A DNA stretch of 43,620 nucleotides from Promethearchaeota archaeon. Its GTDB lineage: Archaea > Asgardarchaeota > Lokiarchaeia > Sigyniarchaeales > SOKP01. The position numbers and the translations under genes are program-made. The notes under the pieces are model-generated. The model was not told where the DNA came from. It ran no database searches and was given only the letters and a program-made list of their open reading frames with translations. Every line of letters starts with the position of its first letter. The stretch's first letter is position 1. Shown here piece after piece: positions 38,404-43,620 of this stretch. The stretch is from positions 1-43,620 of the forward strand of contig JBHLLT010000023.1 of NCBI GenBank assembly GCA_048938855.1. The letters are read 5' to 3'.

Positions 38404-38921
38404 TATGATTGACGCTCTAATATTTTTCTTGTTAAAATATTAAAAGCTTTTTGGACATTTTCACCAGTTTTCGAAGATATCTTCAGATAATCAATCAAAT
38501 TAAATTCATCTAAGAATGATTTCGCATAATCATCCTCAACCATAACCTCATCTTCTAAATCCACTTTTGTACCTAAAAACAGAACCGGAAGATTTGGATC
38601 ACCCTTTCTCACAATACTAAGCCACTGTTGCAAGTTTTCTAAAGTGGTTATTCGAGTAAGATCAAACATTAGAAGTGCTCCTTTAGCTCCTAAAACATAA
38701 CTTTCAAGTAAAAATCGAAACCTTTCTTGGCCTCCAAAATCCCAAAGCTGCAATGTGCAATGTTTGGAATCTATTTCTGTCTCTTTTAGAAAAAACTCGA
38801 CCCCTATTGTCATCTTTGTTTCAGCTGAGAATCTTCCTTCCACATAACGATGTAAGAGAGTTGTTTTTCCTACCCCTCCTTCTCCCGCAGTCAAAATTTT
38901 TAGAATGAATTTTTGTGGCAT
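38400..38921 (-). CDS. Rab-like small GTPase
   Basis: GEGGVGKT, TIGVEF, LQLWDFGGQERFR, TKVD, SSK; its stop overlaps the PIN start (TTGA). Confidence 0.92.
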   Translation of the reverse strand: MPQKFILKILTAGEGGVGKTTLLHRYVEGRFSAETKMTIGVEFFLKETEIDSKHCTLQLWDFGGQERFRFLLESYVLGAKGALLMFDLTRITTLENLQQWLSIVRKGDPNLPVLFLGTKVDLEDEVMVEDDYAKSFLDEFNLIDYLKISSKTGENVQKAFNILTRKILERQSY

Positions 38922-39205
38922 TGTTATTATTCTCTTCTTATTTTTAGGTGATATCTCTAAATTATTTCTCTTATGGAGCTTTTTATTGAGATTATTAAAT
39001 TTTTATGTTATAATAATAATCTAAAAACCTATTAATATTCTTTTTCGAAAAGATATTTGAACTGAATAATAATTTTTGTTTTTTATTGATTATTCTAACT
39101 TAAAACATTAAAAAAGAATTGAAAAATAAATTTTATTAATTTCAGTATAATAATTTCCACTAGTCTTTTTTAGAACGATAAATAGATATAAATAAGGTGA
39201 TTTAA

Positions 39206-39499
39206 ATGAAAATGAAAAAGAAAACTCCAACTGAAGAAGAATTGAATAAATTTGATGTAACCTCATGGGGTACATGGAATAAAGAAGTAAGTGAATTTGA
39301 CTGGTCTTATGGAGATACTGAAACATGTTATGTTTTGGATGGGGAAGTGGAAGTCACGGATTCAGATACTGGTGAGAAAATAGAATTTAAAAAAGGTGAT
39401 CTTGTTCAATTCGAAAAAGGATTAAAATGTGTTTGGAATGTGAAAAAGCCAATAAGAAAGTATTACAGTTTTGATTTAGATTTTGGTGAAATTGATTAA
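39206..39499 (+). CDS. Cupin (DUF861/EutQ-like) protein
   Basis: WGTWNKEVSEFDWSY..ETCYVLDGEV..GDLVQF.KGLKCVW. Confidence 0.88.
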   Translation: MKMKKKTPTEEELNKFDVTSWGTWNKEVSEFDWSYGDTETCYVLDGEVEVTDSDTGEKIEFKKGDLVQFEKGLKCVWNVKKPIRKYYSFDLDFGEID

Positions 39500-39596
39500 A
39501 TCATAATTTTCTTCTTTTTTTTAATTCAAAAATAAAATTATTTATATCAACTTAATCAAATATATTCAATTAAAATAAGGTTTAATTTGATAAATA

Positions 39597-40067
39597 ATGG
39601 AAAATGATGTAAATTTTCTTTTTAAGGATCTAAATATTAACCAATTGGGGTATGTGTATAGAGATATTAGAAAACAAGCCAGCGTTATGGAAAAATTCTT
39701 TGGCATACCCAAATTTACTATTTTAGGCCCTTTAGTAATGGAAATTTCTCTTCGAGGTAAGCAAACGAAATGGACCGTAACTGCGGGATTTAGTAGACTT
39801 TTTAATGGTGTTGAAATTGAATTAGTACAACCTGAGGGAGGTGAATCTATTCATAAAGAATTTTTAGAACAAGGAAGGGAAGGAATACATCACATACAGT
39901 ATGCTGTTGAAGATTTACCAGCAATACTAGAAAAATTTAAAGAAGAAGGTATTGAAGTATTGCAGTATGGTAAAATAATAGGATTAAAGTATGCCTATAT
40001 GGATACTGAATCCTTATTAGGAATAATTATAGAATTTTCAGCAGTTAAAAAAGGAAGAAAAAGATGA
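39597..40067 (+). CDS. VOC family protein (methylmalonyl-CoA epimerase-like)
   Basis: INQLGYV, EIELVQP, EFLEQGREGIHHI, YMDT...GIIIEF. Confidence 0.87.
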   Translation: MENDVNFLFKDLNINQLGYVYRDIRKQASVMEKFFGIPKFTILGPLVMEISLRGKQTKWTVTAGFSRLFNGVEIELVQPEGGESIHKEFLEQGREGIHHIQYAVEDLPAILEKFKEEGIEVLQYGKIIGLKYAYMDTESLLGIIIEFSAVKKGRKR

Positions 40068-40084
40068 TAAATTTTATTAAGTTA

Positions 40085-40627
40085 CTATGCAAATTTTTGC
40101 TCATGTTTGTGTTCCTTTACCGAGATTTCTCTTTCACTAAGTTTATTAAGTTTTACTAAATTTTCTTTTATTGCTTTAATTTCTGCCCTGGTGGTAACTT
40201 TATAATCTTTCAAATTATCTAGGATTTCTTTTTCAGTAAAACCTTTATTATAAACTTCTTTAAATTTTGCGATTGTTTTCTCATGATAAAATATATATTG
40301 TTTATTTAAGAACACGATTAACCAGCCTTTTTTTTCTTGATGTTGAGATAGGTCAAACATATCATCCTGTATTTTTTGTAGAGGTTTTTTAAACTTGCGA
40401 GCTAATAACTCATCTTCAATTTTATAATATTTATTTAGAAAATTATGAAGTTTTCTTTTAAACAGTATTCTCGGAACATAAGATAACAAAAATAGCACTA
40501 ATGTTATACCTAGCATCCAAATTGCTACGATTAAATTATAAATAGCTACAATTAGGATAATTCCTACTAAAAATAGAAACCATTTTCTTCCGATTGTTTT
40601 TATGATGACAATATATTTTTTAGGCAA
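40085..40627 (-). CDS. Hypothetical membrane protein
   Basis: N-terminal hydrophobic hairpin and a basic soluble C-terminal domain. Confidence 0.65.
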   Translation of the reverse strand: MPKKYIVIIKTIGRKWFLFLVGIILIVAIYNLIVAIWMLGITLVLFLLSYVPRILFKRKLHNFLNKYYKIEDELLARKFKKPLQKIQDDMFDLSQHQEKKGWLIVFLNKQYIFYHEKTIAKFKEVYNKGFTEKEILDNLKDYKVTTRAEIKAIKENLVKLNKLSEREISVKEHKHEQKFA

Positions 40628-40694
40628 TGTTTCAAATTAAGAATTATTCAATATTAATTATTTATATAAATTATTGCTTAAAAACTTACTTTTA

Positions 40695-40714
40695 GAAGAA
40701 TATGAAAAGGAAAA
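40695..40714 (-). terminator. Putative archaeal oligo-U terminator of the 5S precursor
   Basis: Minus-strand TTTTCCTTTTCATATTCTT immediately follows the outer processing stem. Confidence 0.45.
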
Positions 40715-40719
40715 CGGCA

Positions 40720-40903
40720 TATAACCACATAAAAAAGCGTGACCGGGTATTTTCCTTGTATGCCATGACCGTAAGCAAACTTACAGTTTGTAGTTTCCCA
40801 TAGATCGCAACTACAGTACTATCTACAACGCGAGACAAGTTTAACTTCCGGGTTCGGATGGTTCCAGCGCAGTAGCGAATTGCTACAAATTTATGTGGTT
40901 ATA
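40720..40903. repeat. 14-bp perfect inverted repeat (40720-40733 / 40890-40903) enclosing the permuted 5S gene
   Basis: tataaccacataaa ... tttatgtggttata. Confidence 0.92.
40741..40861 (-). rRNA. rrf: 5S rRNA gene, circularly permuted (3' part 40861-40779, linker TT, 5' part 40776-40741)
   Basis: Minus strand reads CCATCCGAACCCGGAAGTTAAACTTGTCTCGCGTTGTAGATAGTACTGTAGTTGCGATCTATGGGAAACTACAAACTGTAAGT-TT-GCTTACGGTCATGGCATACAAGGAAAATACCCGGTC. All five 5S helices and loops can be assigned after re-ordering; length 121 nt. Confidence 0.9.
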
Positions 40904-40920
40904 AACTATATTTTGAACCA

Positions 40921-40936
40921 TTTTATAAGGTCGGTT
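40921..40936 (-). promoter_or_regulatory. Putative BRE/TATA promoter of the 5S precursor
   Basis: Minus-strand AACCGACC-TTATAAAA lies about 20-25 nt upstream of the 5' arm of the outer stem. Confidence 0.5.
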
Positions 40937-41062
40937 ATTTTACATGAAAATACTTACTTATATATGGTTACAAGTAGATAGGAAAAATTAAAGCTAATAA
41001 TTAAACTTTTCCATAAAGAACATTAAATTTAAAAGATTCAATCAAGGAGGATATATATTTTT

Positions 41063-41614
41063 ATGTTATTTCAACTAATTCTCCAAGAAACTCAATGGTA
41101 CCAATTTTTAGTGAATGGCATTATTACAACAATAGGGAGAACTCTTGATATACTGAGTACTCGATATGTTACAAAAGAATTAAAGTTGGAAACTAATAGA
41201 TTAGCAAAAAAAATCGGTTGGAAAGGAATGCTATTAATACAAATCCCTATCATCCTTCTGGGTTCATTAGACTTCTATTTTAGTTTGTTCATATTTTGCT
41301 GGAGTCTTTTTTTGTTTGCTAATAATATTGAAGGAAGTTGGTATATTAAGCAAGCTGGTGAAGAAGCATATCAAAAAGAACTTAAAGAAAGAGTATCCAA
41401 ATCTAAAATATGGAAGATTGTCTTTAGTGAACTTTCTTCATTTCTAAAATTTACAATGGCAGGAGTCTTTATACTTGTTTTTTTGTTTATTTTTAATGAT
41501 TTAATTGCAGTTTTATTAATATCATTAGCTCTTGTCATCCAAGGTATATTTGGAACTATTAGTTCAATTATATATTTATTAGATTTGAAGAAAGATAGCA
41601 CTAAGAAGGAATAA
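41063..41614 (+). CDS. Hypothetical integral membrane protein
   Basis: Several hydrophobic helices; D.LST......LETN motif; SD AAGGAGG. Confidence 0.7.
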   Translation: MLFQLILQETQWYQFLVNGIITTIGRTLDILSTRYVTKELKLETNRLAKKIGWKGMLLIQIPIILLGSLDFYFSLFIFCWSLFLFANNIEGSWYIKQAGEEAYQKELKERVSKSKIWKIVFSELSSFLKFTMAGVFILVFLFIFNDLIAVLLISLALVIQGIFGTISSIIYLLDLKKDSTKKE

Positions 41615-41638
41615 TTTGGAAATTATAAAAACTACAGG

Positions 41639-43620
41639 TTAGTTCTCTTTAACAGTACGAGTGGCTTTTTTTATTCCATAATAAGTAATATAACCTGAAA
41701 TTCCAATAATCCCAATAATGGCAATCATAGAAATCATTGATATATAATCCATTAACGGATTAGGTATTGTTAGAGTAAATGAAGGATCTTGGAAAATAAT
41801 GGTATTATTAGCATAATCTCTTATAAGAATGAAATAGGAATATTGACCGGGAGTAAGCTTCTCAGTTTTAATAGAAAATGTATTTTTATTTTCATAAATA
41901 CTATTTGTTAAACCATAGAATGTAAAATCTGTGAAATTATTTTTAGATAAAAATGCATATACACATTCAATCCCTGATTTATTGTCTTGAGCATCAATAT
42001 TGAAAGTAGTTATCATTGAAGTTTTGGCATTCTTAGGAGTATATGACGACTCCAATAGGATGGGATTAACTTCATCTGCAAGTGTTGTAAAATTAAAGTG
42101 AGATGGAATTAAATTATGACCCGTGATGGTCACATTATAAAACTCATTAGCCTGGGCAGGAACTCTAAATTTCGCTAAACCATTCTGATCCGCATATATC
42201 GTATGATATTTTCCATCTAAAGTTGTTAAATGAACTCTGGCGTAGGGTACAATTTTATCATTAAAATCTTTGATTGTAATAGATACTAATTGTCCCTCAT
42301 AAATATTTTCTATAAATGGATTCAAAGCAGCCTTTGGTTCATTAGTATAGATATCAAGCTCGGGATCACCTAAAAGGCAGTACGTTAAAAGCTGTTTACG
42401 TTCAAAATCTAAATCTGTTGATCCAAAACTATGAGTATAATGTTCACTATTCATATATGCAACTTTTGAATCATAAAGTGCTCTTCCTTGTTGAAATTTT
42501 TCATTGACATAAAATTCTTTCCAGAATAATTTAGCATTTCCACGATTTAATATTTCAAGATTATAATCATCAGAATAATACCAAGTGACTCTTAACGCTC
42601 CAATTACGCCAATTGCTCCACCATATTCTTTATTAATTAATGTTTCACCAACACTATTGTCACTATAATCATAACTCGAAGTTGAACAAGCATCCAAATA
42701 TACTAAAGAAGGCATATAATCATTCAAGCTACTACTAGCATCTGATGATCGATAACCCTCTGTACTGGGATTTCGATAATACGCAGTAGGCACTCCATGC
42801 CCTGCCATTAAAACTGTAGAATAGCCATCATTAAAATAATTATCTAGAAGGGTTCGAGTAAGATTACCTTCTTCTTCAACCAAATGAGTGTAATTTACAT
42901 CATTTTTAGCATAATTTTCAATAATATAACTTGTCAGATCACTTTCAAATTCCCCATCAGGATCTGAACCACTAATATAATCGGATATTCCTCCCGCTAA
43001 CAACATTCTATTCATCCAATCTCCTACATTTGGATTAGTCTCATATTTTAAGGTTTTATCCACCATAATCTCTAATTCATTTGCATCATTTGCAGGAAAT
43101 CTTCCTACATATACTTCTGGATCCCAAGAGATCTCATCTAAACCATAAGCATTATCTGGATTAGTGGGATCATCTGGATTAGTTGGACCTTCTCCCCAAT
43201 TTCCATCACCATCACTGTTCCAAGTCCCATTAAGATCTGCATAGTAATAATCAGTAGGTTTATAATATTCTCCACCCACGGTTTCAGTTCTTCCATCTTC
43301 CCATCTTAATACATCGGGATTGTATACATATCTAATTGGAATTAAATCATTTTGGGCATCACCGGCTAAAAGAACCCATCTTATATTTTCCTTGTTATAA
43401 TACGATTTGATCATATTTCGAATTTTCTCAGCATTATCAATTCCTGGATATAAAGAAAAGTTACTTAAAATGATCGTTTTAACACCTTTTTCATTATTCC
43501 ATTCCATCAGAGGAGTAACGGCATCAATAAAACTTTGGTTATCGGGGGTGATAATTAACATTTCGATTTTTGGATTATACCAAAGATCATTTAATGAAGT
43601 ATAATCGATATCTGGTAGAA
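41639..43620 (-). CDS. Peptidase C25 (gingipain-like cysteine protease) with C-terminal membrane anchor; 5'-truncated by the window edge
   Basis: WVLLAGD, TDYYYADL, VGRFP, catalytic GHG and DACS, LLGDP, C-terminal TM. The frame stays open to the window end. Confidence 0.9.
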   Translation of the reverse strand, partial: LPDIDYTSLNDLWYNPKIEMLIITPDNQSFIDAVTPLMEWNNEKGVKTIILSNFSLYPGIDNAEKIRNMIKSYYNKENIRWVLLAGDAQNDLIPIRYVYNPDVLRWEDGRTETVGGEYYKPTDYYYADLNGTWNSDGDGNWGEGPTNPDDPTNPDNAYGLDEISWDPEVYVGRFPANDANELEIMVDKTLKYETNPNVGDWMNRMLLAGGISDYISGSDPDGEFESDLTSYIIENYAKNDVNYTHLVEEEGNLTRTLLDNYFNDGYSTVLMAGHGVPTAYYRNPSTEGYRSSDASSSLNDYMPSLVYLDACSTSSYDYSDNSVGETLINKEYGGAIGVIGALRVTWYYSDDYNLEILNRGNAKLFWKEFYVNEKFQQGRALYDSKVAYMNSEHYTHSFGSTDLDFERKQLLTYCLLGDPELDIYTNEPKAALNPFIENIYEGQLVSITIKDFNDKIVPYARVHLTTLDGKYHTIYADQNGLAKFRVPAQANEFYNVTITGHNLIPSHFNFTTLADEVNPILLESSYTPKNAKTSMITTFNIDAQDNKSGIECVYAFLSKNNFTDFTFYGLTNSIYENKNTFSIKTEKLTPGQYSYFILIRDYANNTIIFQDPSFTLTIPNPLMDYISMISMIAIIGIIGISGYITYYGIKKATRTVKEN

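Noticed and set aside
40741-40861. Two tandem, partially deleted 5S pseudogenes or an assembly artefact instead of a permuted gene
   Set aside because: The two parts are non-redundant and sum to one 5S length. They are enclosed by a perfect 14-bp stem, and the break coincides with a BHB-like motif whose predicted cuts restore the consensus loop C. Chance decay is unlikely to produce this, though a read-level check is still needed.
40720-40903. MITE / IS remnant suggested by the terminal inverted repeats
   Set aside because: The interior is 5S rRNA sequence, no target-site duplication is evident, and no transposase is present.
148-43604. Other short ORFs overlapping recognised genes (e.g. 148-342, 2529-2819, 5137-5388, 9719-9997, 10085-10318, 15277-16002, 19176-20453, 35288-35581, 39108-39326, 41371-41601, 43407-43604)
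   Set aside because: Antisense or frame shadows of recognised genes with no independent coding signal.

Overview
AT-rich, gene-dense archaeal chromosome segment. Its gene content points to an Asgard archaeon, most likely Lokiarchaeia: five Ras/Rab-like small GTPases, a longin+roadblock protein, a uDENN/longin-like-GTPase fusion, CdhD, AOR, archaeal Spt5 and aIF-1A. This assignment is inferred from gene content only. About 45 CDS are present, including four paralogous acyl-CoA dehydrogenases; no CRISPR array, tRNA or transposase was recognised. The top finding is in the ORF-free gap at 40.7-40.9 kb (minus strand): a circularly permuted 5S rRNA gene. The 3' 83 nt of 5S precede the 5' 36 nt, and the natural ends are fused by a UUUG tetraloop on helix I. 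The break lies in loop C, inside a relaxed bulge-helix-bulge motif enclosed by a perfect 14-bp inverted repeat. tRNA-type splicing would give a 121-nt circle and restore the consensus loop C UCCCAUCCGAAC. The second finding is a Rab-like GTPase (24487-25152) with the unusual permuted motif order G3-G4-G5-G1-G2. Smaller observations include probable AUU start codons, an unannotated C2H2 micro-protein, a LysR box, and gene-conversion-like tracts among the ACAD paralogs.
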